A DNA stretch of 64,000 nt. Source: a virus. The notes beneath the pieces are model-generated. The model was not told where the DNA came from. It made no database searches and saw only the letters and a program-made list of their open reading frames with translations. The DNA is taken from IMG/VR virus record IMGVR_UViG_3300015360_000024, positions 129,959 to 193,958 of that record, one strand, 5' to 3'. This document shows positions 57,039 through 64,000 of the stretch, piece by piece. The position numbers and the translations under genes were made by a program. Each line of letters begins with the position of its first letter. The stretch's first letter is position 1.

Positions 57039-57224
57039 TCAGCCTTCTTCGATTTTTGCGGTCGGGGCAGCTGAAACGGCCACCTCGGTGCGGATAACCT
57101 CAGGCTCCGCCGGGGCAGGCTCTGCTGCCGGTGCGGGTTCGGCCGGAGTGGGTTCTATTGCCGGGGTGGGCTCGGATATGGGGGTTGGAGTGATTGGGGC
57201 GGTGATCGGATCTGGTTCGTTCAT
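57039..57224 (-). CDS. Pro/Ala/Glu-rich small protein
   Basis: ATG 57224 lies 31 nt after a TTGACA on the minus strand. Confidence 0.5.
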   Translation of the reverse strand: MNEPDPITAPITPTPISEPTPAIEPTPAEPAPAAEPAPAEPEVIRTEVAVSAAPTAKIEEG

Positions 57225-57273
57225 GGCCACACACGGGACACCCAGGCCGCCATAATGTCAACGAGATGCGTGG

Positions 57274-57471
57274 TTAGTCACATTCCCCATGGGTGATCAT
57301 CGCCTTCACCAGGGCATGGTGGGTGATCGACATCTTGAGCTTCTTCTCGAAGTGCTCGATCACCTTCTGCGAAGACAGCTTCTTGTTATCGGACCAGTAC
57401 TTGACGAGGGCCTTCTGCTCCTTGGCAGTAAGGCTTCGCGTCATCGTCTTTACGAGCTGGCGGGTGACCAT
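57274..57471 (-). CDS. Small putative DNA-binding protein
   Basis: LTAKEQKALVKY..LSSQKVIEHF..KMSITHHAL pattern, HTH/CENP-B-like. Confidence 0.6.
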   Translation of the reverse strand: MVTRQLVKTMTRSLTAKEQKALVKYWSDNKKLSSQKVIEHFEKKLKMSITHHALVKAMITHGECD

Positions 57472-57502
57472 GCTCTGCCTACAGGCGAGCCGGCCAACGC
57501 TT

Positions 57503-58048
57503 TCACTTCGGTGCCATTGTCATGGTCATCGTCTTGCCCTCGTATCGGGCTACGGTGATCAGCTTGGCGATATCCATCAGCTCTTTCGCCACCCGGTCGA
57601 GGACGAGCCTGCCGACCTCTGGGTGGGCGTTCTCGCGGCCCTTGAAGCGAACCTCGAACTGGACCTTGTGACCTTCTTCGATGAACCCGCGCGAGTTCTT
57701 GATTTTGAAGGCCATGTCGTGCTCGTCCGTCTTGGGACGGAAGCGGATCTGTTTCAGTTCAGCCTGGAACGAGTTGCGCTTCTGTTCGTTCGCCTTCTTC
57801 GCTGCCTCGAACTTGAACTTCCCGAAGTCGACGATCTTGCACACTGGAGGCTGTGCAGTCGGCGAGATCTCAACGAGGTCAAGGTCAAGCTCCTGCGCCT
57901 GTGCCAACGCTTCGCTGGTTGGAATCACACCAAGCTGCGTTCCGTCGTCCATGATCACGCGGACTGGCGACACACGGATGCGGTGATTGATTCGGGGTCC
58001 ATCGTTTCGTGGACGACTGCGGTCTCCTCTGCTCTGGAACGGTGGCAA
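57503..58048 (-). CDS. infC: Translation initiation factor IF-3
   Basis: PRINHRIR..VRVI..LGVI..EAL..DLDLVEISP..PPVCKI.DFGKFKFE and KQIRFRP.TD.HD..K..GHKV..F.GRE; GAGGAG RBS, TTG start. Confidence 0.95.
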   Translation of the reverse strand: MPPFQSRGDRSRPRNDGPRINHRIRVSPVRVIMDDGTQLGVIPTSEALAQAQELDLDLVEISPTAQPPVCKIVDFGKFKFEAAKKANEQKRNSFQAELKQIRFRPKTDEHDMAFKIKNSRGFIEEGHKVQFEVRFKGRENAHPEVGRLVLDRVAKELMDIAKLITVARYEGKTMTMTMAPK

Positions 58049-58073
58049 CTTCTAGCTCTCCTCGTTGGTGTCA

Positions 58074-58250
58074 TTATTTTGATGGGTCATAATCGAAACC
58101 CCTATCCAAGCACACATCTCTGATGTCGTCAAAGTCCCTTGTGAATTCTTCGTTTCTGCCCTCGAATGGAATCTGTCGTGTACGGAGACTTTCGATCAGC
58201 TTCCAGACCAGCCAATATTGCCTTTTGCTAAGTTGTTTCTTGTTGTTCAT
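58074..58250 (-). CDS. 58-aa hypothetical protein not in the ORF track
   Basis: MNNKKQLSKRQYWLVWKLIESLRTRQIPFEGRNEEFTRDFDDIRDVCLDRGFDYDPSK fills the SNF2-infC gap. Confidence 0.55.
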   Translation of the reverse strand: MNNKKQLSKRQYWLVWKLIESLRTRQIPFEGRNEEFTRDFDDIRDVCLDRGFDYDPSK

Positions 58251-61032
58251 CTTTGTTTGGTCTCAGTTGGATGATATTTGCGAGGTTCGTGGGCTCTTTG
58301 ATTTCTAGGCCACGCTGACGGAGGAATGACTCGGCGAGCTTCCTGACGTCGTGGTCGCTGGCTTGTCCTGCTTCAATCAGGTCGGCGTTCGGGTCGCGGA
58401 TACCCTGCATCTGGGAGCGCTTCTCGCCGAGGGTGTCTGACATGACCGGATCGCTGCCGTAGTCCGACAGGAGGAAGTACGCCATCACGGGGTCGGTCTG
58501 ACCGTCGCGATGGACGCGGCCGATGCACTGGTCATGAACACCTGGGCTCCAGTCCAGCTCGCCGAAGACGACGGTCCGGCAGACGTGCTGAAGGCCGTCG
58601 AGTCCTGCGCCGGCACGGAGGGACATCATCAAGATCTTCGACTCGCCATTGAGAAATCGTTGGACGGCCGCAGCCTTCTGATTGCTCGATTCGCTGCCCG
58701 TGTACATCACGGGTCCCAAGTCGGCGAGCTTCGCGTTGAGGATGCTGTAGACCTCTCGGTGCCACGCGTAGAGTAGGACCGGCTCCTCGGCCTCCGCGAG
58801 CATACGGACGAAGTCGGCGACGTAGGGAGCCTTGGCGATGCCCGTGGCCTGACGGACGATGTTCGACAGCTCCTCGGCAGCCTGCATCTTGACGCCCTTC
58901 TTGAGGGAGTTCTGAGACAGGATGATCTTTGCCAGCTCTGCTGCCGAATCCTCGATGTTGCTGAGGGCTTCCGGGTCCGCCTCGATAGCCTGTGGGATCT
59001 TGGTGAGGGGCTCCAGCTCGCGACCGACTTCGCTACGGGTGCGGCGAATCATGATGCCCTGCTCGCGCAGGTACGAGCCGAAGGCCTTGGGGTCGCGGAT
59101 CTTCGGGCGGTCAGACATGTACGAGTCACACCACTCGCGCATGAACTCGTCCTTCTCGCCCAGGCATCCTGGGTCGATGGCGCTGACGACGCTATAGATC
59201 TCTCCGCCGTAGTTGTAGATTGGCGTTGCTGATAGGCCGATCTTTAGCGTGGCCGCTTCGGAGATGTGAATAGCGCCAGCGTATTTGAGAGACTCAGAGC
59301 GGCGCAGCTCCTGAACCTCGTCATAGACGACGGTCTTTACGATCCCTGCGAGCGTCTCGGCCCAGCCGGTTAGCTTATGGTAGTTTATGAGAATTACGTC
59401 AGGAAATAGAACCTTCTCGCCGTTCTTGCCCTTACAGATATCGTAGGGCGTTCCCTTTTTGATGACGTGGGTGCGTAGCTTCGGCGCGAATTTCTCGACC
59501 TCCCGCTGCCACTGTTTTGGCAGGTGGGCGAGGGTCACGACAAGCGCAGGTAGATTCGCTGGGTCGGTGAACGTGCAGATGGCCTGAGCGGTATTGTGAG
59601 TTAGGATGGCGTGCTCTGTGGCGTACAGGCTGTCTTGCGCTGCCACTTTGATGCAAACGGATTCGCAATGGCGAGTGTATTCAATTGATTCGATGCTTCT
59701 TGTAGGATGCGTCCGGTTGGTTAGCTTGTATCTGAATGATTTACGCCCTGTTGTGAAAGGCGCAAGATAATGCGGCAGCCGCAGGCTGACGACGTATTCC
59801 GTTGGCTTATCCTCGGAGCGCCTGTCGTACGTGTGAATCGTCGCTGAGCATCCGAGACATTCGGCTAGATTCTGGAAGTCGCTAGCGAGTGTTATGCTGG
59901 TCGTGCAGTAGGCGACCTTGTTGCCGGTTTTGGAAATGGTTCCATCGCAGTCCATGAGGCCATGGAACAGATCGATCCTGTTTTCTACCCTGGAATGAAG
60001 ATATGTTTCTGGAATGAATTTCTGATTACTGACGACGTTTAGTTTCATATCCCGAAGGATCTTCGAGACTCCAGGTATTCCGATATGAACGGAGCCTTTA
60101 TCGCGCCTTATCGCGCCGATTTCGATACGTTTTGCTGCTAATGCGACCATGAAGTCATCGTGGTCTGATTTGTTTATTGTGATTCTTGGCGTGTGCTTGG
60201 TGTCGCCGTTTGCGATCAGGCATCCAAACAAATAAGGGTCGATCGGTAGTTTCGCATCGCTGACGGCGAATCTTGCAGGCCACGATAGCGTTGGAATAAA
60301 CAGCGTAGGCTTTGATAGGTCCAACCAAGAGACCTGCCCGCTCGCTCTTGTCTGTTTGATTTTCTGACTAGTTCTAATCTGATCGGACGTGACTACGATT
60401 GAATCCAGTTTGCGTCCGCCTTTCCAATACATGACGGTCCAGAGATGGTCCGGCCCGCATTCGACGGAAGAGTGGTCGCTGAATTTAATGCGGTAGCATG
60501 GCCTATTGCCCTGGGGAAACACTCCGGTCACCATGGTGGGTTCGCCAGTTGAGCCAGTGACCATATCGCCGACCTTCAGCGATCCGATTTCTCTATATCC
60601 GTATGGGGTAAGAACTTTTGCATCTACTGGCTGCTGTTTGCCGAGTCCAACGTCGTCGGCGATTAGCAGTCGGCCGGTCTTCATGGCCAGGTCGGCTGAG
60701 ATTCTCTGGTAGTCGCGTGGCTGAACTGCCAGCTCGAATACAGGAGCCGTGTAGTCACCGCCGAGAATCTGCCCGACCAGAAGCTCGGTCTCCAGGTGCT
60801 CGACGGTCAGCTCGTCAAGTCGCTCCTTGTCAACGGCCTCCATGGTCATCGGGTACCGCTTGAGGAACCATTCAAGCTCGCGCGTATTCTCCGGTGTGGC
60901 CGACAGCGTCAGCTTGCCGTACTGGTTCTTCTTGATCTTCTGGAAGACGCGTTTGATACGCAGGGCAACCTGTGGTTCTGTTTCAATGATCCACTGGCGC
61001 CCATTGAGCGTGACGGTTCCATACAGTCTCAC
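58228..61032 (-). CDS. SNF2-family SF2 helicase precursor with an intein
   Basis: IADDVGLGK|T, YDEVQ, LSATPIYN, MSLRAGAGLDGLQ, ELDWSP..QCIGRVHRDGQ; GTG 61032 forms a GTGA overlap. Confidence 0.92.
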   Translation of the reverse strand: MRLYGTVTLNGRQWIIETEPQVALRIKRVFQKIKKNQYGKLTLSATPENTRELEWFLKRYPMTMEAVDKERLDELTVEHLETELLVGQILGGDYTAPVFELAVQPRDYQRISADLAMKTGRLLIADDVGLGKQQPVDAKVLTPYGYREIGSLKVGDMVTGSTGEPTMVTGVFPQGNRPCYRIKFSDHSSVECGPDHLWTVMYWKGGRKLDSIVVTSDQIRTSQKIKQTRASGQVSWLDLSKPTLFIPTLSWPARFAVSDAKLPIDPYLFGCLIANGDTKHTPRITINKSDHDDFMVALAAKRIEIGAIRRDKGSVHIGIPGVSKILRDMKLNVVSNQKFIPETYLHSRVENRIDLFHGLMDCDGTISKTGNKVAYCTTSITLASDFQNLAECLGCSATIHTYDRRSEDKPTEYVVSLRLPHYLAPFTTGRKSFRYKLTNRTHPTRSIESIEYTRHCESVCIKVAAQDSLYATEHAILTHNTAQAICTFTDPANLPALVVTLAHLPKQWQREVEKFAPKLRTHVIKKGTPYDICKGKNGEKVLFPDVILINYHKLTGWAETLAGIVKTVVYDEVQELRRSESLKYAGAIHISEAATLKIGLSATPIYNYGGEIYSVVSAIDPGCLGEKDEFMREWCDSYMSDRPKIRDPKAFGSYLREQGIMIRRTRSEVGRELEPLTKIPQAIEADPEALSNIEDSAAELAKIILSQNSLKKGVKMQAAEELSNIVRQATGIAKAPYVADFVRMLAEAEEPVLLYAWHREVYSILNAKLADLGPVMYTGSESSNQKAAAVQRFLNGESKILMMSLRAGAGLDGLQHVCRTVVFGELDWSPGVHDQCIGRVHRDGQTDPVMAYFLLSDYGSDPVMSDTLGEKRSQMQGIRDPNADLIEAGQASDHDVRKLAESFLRQRGLEIKEPTNLANIIQLRPNKDEQQETT
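59593..60636 (-). mobile_element. Class-3-type intein with LAGLIDADG endonuclease (348 aa)
   Basis: Starts QQPVDAKVLTP, block B DHLW, block F SVCIKV, ends LTHN followed by Thr; LFGCLIANGD and FHGLMDCDG motifs. Confidence 0.88.
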
Positions 61033-61424
61033 AACAGGCTTCCGATGAGACTGTGGCAACGGATCGGCTTGTGGTTCATCTCTTCAGGCAGATTAGCCAA
61101 TCGCGCCTTCGAGGTCACCACTAAGATTCCGAGAATCGAGTCGTGCTGCGCGTACCGGAATAGCTGACGCGTCAGGTCCGATAGCGAGTGGTCGATCTTC
61201 GCCTCGATCCCGACCTTCTTCTCGGGGAAATAGAAGTCAACGATGTCCTCGTCCGAGAGGTGGTGCTCGGCAAAGAACTCCACTCCCAGGGCCGTGAACA
61301 CCTTACCCATGCCGCCCTGCAGATCCTTCTCGTTCGAGAAGTTGAACCTGTACCTGCTGAGGGTTTTGCTCAGGCTCTCGATCCACTCAATCGCGTCAAC
61401 CCGCGCGTGGGTGATATCGCTCAT
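61029..61424 (-). CDS. PD-(D/E)XK nuclease-like protein
   Basis: NEKDLQ..E..L...IVDF..VGIEAK..QL.RY; ATG 61424 forms an ATGA overlap. Confidence 0.65.
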   Translation of the reverse strand: MSDITHARVDAIEWIESLSKTLSRYRFNFSNEKDLQGGMGKVFTALGVEFFAEHHLSDEDIVDFYFPEKKVGIEAKIDHSLSDLTRQLFRYAQHDSILGILVVTSKARLANLPEEMNHKPIRCHSLIGSLL

Positions 61425-61810
61425 TCGCTGGGCGTTGGAGCGTCCGGGACGAGCACAGGGATGCCGTCTTGGGTGGTGGTCTTCCAGCCAGCCGGCACCT
61501 GTCCCGTGAGTTCGTCGGGCGACGGGACGGCCGAGTCGAACCGATCTGCGCCCTTCGACATGGCGACCACGATGCCGTCCAAGAGCATCGTGCGCTGCGC
61601 TTTGCAGAACGCCTCGCAGGAGTCCTTGAAAGCGTCGATGCGATCCATCAGCTTGCGAACGCTGGTACTGCTCCACTCGAAGCTGTGCGTCGCTTGGACA
61701 TCGAGTTGGAGCAGTGCGAAGGCCGCGAACATGTCGGTCTCTGCTGTGGAGGCCTTGTCACGAGCCCTTTGAACTTGTTTCGTCTGGTCCTCGATCGTCA
61801 CTCTCGCCAT
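61421..61810 (-). CDS. Hypothetical protein
   Basis: GGGA RBS; tight packing. Confidence 0.65.
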   Translation of the reverse strand: MARVTIEDQTKQVQRARDKASTAETDMFAAFALLQLDVQATHSFEWSSTSVRKLMDRIDAFKDSCEAFCKAQRTMLLDGIVVAMSKGADRFDSAVPSPDELTGQVPAGWKTTTQDGIPVLVPDAPTPSE

Positions 61811-62108
61811 CTTTCCCTGCTTTCATTTTCTCGATTTTGGTTGCTACGCCCACCATAAAGTCCTGGAGCTTCTCGTCTCCGATCCAGCAGCAGAACAATT
61901 TGCCGCCGCTGACCTTCTCGATGGTACGGATGACCGACTCGTTGTCTGGCCTGGTGCCGTTCGGAGATCGCGTTCTCCAGACGTCAGCGAGAGAGTTCAC
62001 TACCTGATGGTAGATCTCTTCCGGTGAAACGCCGTTGTTCCTGAACAACTCCGCGTGCTTCTCGCACCATGCGGCTTTGTCGCCAGCATCTTTCCAGCCG
62101 TCATCCAT
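61758..62108 (-). CDS. Hypothetical protein
   Basis: ATG 62108 lies 30 nt after TTGACA. Confidence 0.55.
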   Translation of the reverse strand: MDDGWKDAGDKAAWCEKHAELFRNNGVSPEEIYHQVVNSLADVWRTRSPNGTRPDNESVIRTIEKVSGGKLFCCWIGDEKLQDFMVGVATKIEKMKAGKDGESDDRGPDETSSKGS

Positions 62109-62144
62109 GGCGACGAAGCTGTACCCCGATGCCGTGATTGTCAA

Positions 62145-62513
62145 CTACGGGGACAGCTCGACCATGATCGTATCGCGTAGTAGGGCGAGCTTGAGGTTGG
62201 CGTCTCTGATCTGCTCCAGTGTCCTCGGCGAGATGTCCTCCAGCGTCGTGACGACGTACCACTCGTCGCCGCACATATAGAAGCCGCAAGGTCCGTAGAA
62301 GCCGTCCTTGATCAGGAACTGCCGGCGTCCCATGCCGCCAAAGGCGACGTCGGACACCATGTGCTTGAAGGGTTCCTTCTGCTCGGGAATAGCCGACGCG
62401 AAGGCGATTAGGTGCTGGAAAATACGACCGGCGATCTCAGGGGTTATCGCGATCCTCGGTGGCTGGCAGTGGCCAGGGAATGGAGTTAGATCAACGCCGA
62501 GGATGGAGCCCAT
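62145..62513 (-). CDS. Hypothetical protein
   Basis: 122-aa ORF on the coding strand. Confidence 0.55.
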   Translation of the reverse strand: MGSILGVDLTPFPGHCQPPRIAITPEIAGRIFQHLIAFASAIPEQKEPFKHMVSDVAFGGMGRRQFLIKDGFYGPCGFYMCGDEWYVVTTLEDISPRTLEQIRDANLKLALLRDTIMVELSP

Positions 62514-62525
62514 GCGCGCATCATA

Positions 62526-62693
62526 TCATCGAGTGCAGGTTCGGACCGGAGCCCACGGATTCACGGGCTTCTGGAGCGCCGGACGGCATTGGGCGTCGGC
62601 CTTCTCTCCCATGTAAACGGCCCCGGCAATGATGAGGGCGAAGACGATCTGAAGAGCGATGATGCCTAGGATTGTTTTTATGGAACTGTGCAT
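62526..62693 (-). CDS. Small membrane protein
   Basis: TM segment ILGIIALQIVFALIIAGAVYM; ATG 62693 preferred. Confidence 0.55.
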   Translation of the reverse strand: MHSSIKTILGIIALQIVFALIIAGAVYMGEKADAQCRPALQKPVNPWAPVRTCTR

Positions 62694-63010
62694 GTGCCTG
62701 TGAAATTGCCGGTCCAGATCGGAAGGTTTTTGTCCCAGTTCACCGTGCGATCTTGGGTGACCTGGTCTTCCATGTTCATCGTGTAGTCGTAGCACTCGAT
62801 GGGATCGAAGTTGTCGCCGTTGGCCGCAACGTAGTTGATGAATTCCTGCTTGGGAGTTCGGTTGTCGCCCACGTAGTACGGGAAGATCTCGCCGGTCAGG
62901 GTGTTCCTGATGCGGATCATCCACTGGGCACCACGCTCTCGGCCCTGTTGCAGCTGGAGCCGAATGAGCGGGTAGAGCTTCGCCTTTTCTTCGTTAAAAT
63001 ACTTTGCCAT
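62678..63010 (-). CDS. Hypothetical protein
   Basis: ATG 63010 (MAKYFNEE) preferred. Confidence 0.6.
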   Translation of the reverse strand: MAKYFNEEKAKLYPLIRLQLQQGRERGAQWMIRIRNTLTGEIFPYYVGDNRTPKQEFINYVAANGDNFDPIECYDYTMNMEDQVTQDRTVNWDKNLPIWTGNFTGTCTVP

Positions 63011-63011
63011 T

Positions 63012-63476
63012 TTACACCGACGGCCAATATTGGCGGCTTGCGATCCGACTGATGTGCGATCGGTCGACATGAAACCTGACAGCCAAACTGGAATGAGTTG
63101 CGCCTTTTACGAGTTCGCTACGGATTTCCAGTATCTGTTCGCGCTTCAGCTTTGCTGGACCGCTGCGTTCTCCATGATGCATGCGACCCTTCTTTATTGC
63201 GTCGTGCGTGTTGTCGTGTTTTGTCCCCATAAACAGATGATCTGGATTTACACAGATCGGCGTATCGCATTTATGTAGCGCACATAAGCCAGACTGGACT
63301 GCGCCGTGGCGCCTCTCGTACGAGAAGCGGGTGGCTAGCACGACTTTCCATTTGTCGTTAATCTTGCGACTCAGCACGCCGTAGCCCTTATTATTGGTGG
63401 CGCCAAGCCAGATCCAGCAACCGCTATTCGGTTCAGGAATGTAACGATCCTCGAACGGGCTGCCGCGTTTGATCAC
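63012..63476 (-). CDS. HNH homing endonuclease with C-terminal HTH
   Basis: SGCWIWLGA..GYG..LHKCDTPICVNPDHLFMGT..DN; C-terminal HSSLAVRFHVDRSHISRI. Confidence 0.9.
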   Translation of the reverse strand: MIKRGSPFEDRYIPEPNSGCWIWLGATNNKGYGVLSRKINDKWKVVLATRFSYERRHGAVQSGLCALHKCDTPICVNPDHLFMGTKHDNTHDAIKKGRMHHGERSGPAKLKREQILEIRSELVKGATHSSLAVRFHVDRSHISRIASRQYWPSV

Positions 63477-63491
63477 GGCATTATCTTACCA

Positions 63492-63881
63492 TCAGGCGGG
63501 CGTATTTACGTCGTGCTTGTCCAAGATGAGGTGTGCCGGCGCGTGGTTGCCATTGCCCCAGAGTCCGTTCTTGTCCTTGTGCTTGACGAGCTTCTTGTAG
63601 ATCGTCGCGTTCACGTCGATGGGCCTAGGATCTCCGCAGGTGCGCGTGTACTCATCTGGGGTGGTTTCGCCCAACTGCGCCTTCTGACGCCTCCAGAAGA
63701 CTTCCACGTACGCCTTGCAGGCCTCCTTCGTCAGGTGGAGAGTGAAGCCGTCCGGGCGAGTGCCCCGGCCACGTTCAGACTCTTCCCAGTCTTGGGCAAT
63801 GACGGAGTAAATCTTTGGTGCCTTTGCCGGCTTTGCCTTGGTAGCAGACCGACCCTTCGCCTTCTTGACCTTGGTCGCCAT
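63492..63881 (-). CDS. Hypothetical protein
   Basis: AAGGA RBS; WEESERG.GTRPDG..LHLT motif. Confidence 0.7.
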   Translation of the reverse strand: MATKVKKAKGRSATKAKPAKAPKIYSVIAQDWEESERGRGTRPDGFTLHLTKEACKAYVEVFWRRQKAQLGETTPDEYTRTCGDPRPIDVNATIYKKLVKHKDKNGLWGNGNHAPAHLILDKHDVNTPA

Positions 63882-64000
63882 AATCCATCCTTATGGACTA
63901 TGTATAGATTGTCAAGACTCTGATAGTCGAGCACGTTCAACATCTGCTGGCGAAAGACCGACTGCTAAAATGCTTTCTTAGCCGCATCCAGGGCACACGA

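Noticed and set aside
57293-58123. Long antisense or overlapping ORFs (e.g. 57293+, 9358+, 34742-, 38802-)
   Set aside because: They lie opposite or over well-supported genes and show no recognisable motifs; typical shadow ORFs of high-GC coding DNA.
1-64000. Genome-wide TAG recoding (alternative genetic code)
   Set aside because: Many genes end cleanly in TAG followed by a new SD and start (e.g. 33989, 40729, 15840), and long ORFs are intact under the standard code. Only the 10795 TAG looks internal.

Overview
The window is best read as 64 kb of a large, probably jumbo-class, tailed-phage genome. There are no host housekeeping operons, genes are densely packed and co-oriented, and most ORFs are small and uncharacterised. 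Positions 1-33.7 kb (+) are a virion morphogenesis region: tail-fibre-like and decoration proteins, a baseplate-wedge-like gene, three paralogous fibre/receptor-binding genes and a tube-initiator-like gene. Embedded in it are an XRE HTH gene, a lipoprotein lipase, an FtsZ/tubulin-family GTPase interrupted by an intein, and a free-standing LAGLIDADG endonuclease. Positions 34-55 kb (mostly +) carry a Dda/RecD-like helicase, acidic and basic putative internal head proteins, a Ro60/TROVE gene behind a highly structured ~330-nt leader, an SNase-like nuclease, a MazG-like protein, a vWA protein with a second structured leader, a DNA methyltransferase, a DUF1599-like protein and an AAA ATPase. Positions 55-64 kb (-) carry an RlaP-like nucleotidyltransferase, a P-loop kinase, translation initiation factor IF3, an intein-containing SNF2 helicase and an HNH endonuclease. 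The strongest candidates for new biology are: (i) a modular, Y-RNA-like ncRNA/leader upstream of Ro60, (ii) an intein in the catalytic T7 loop of the phage tubulin, (iii) a probable UAG read-through joint in a structural gene, and (iv) a set of TTGACA-promoter leaderless genes in a genome that also encodes IF3. All family assignments come from motif recognition by eye; no database searches or folding programs were run. Unlisted overlapping ORFs in the six-frame track are treated as shadow frames.
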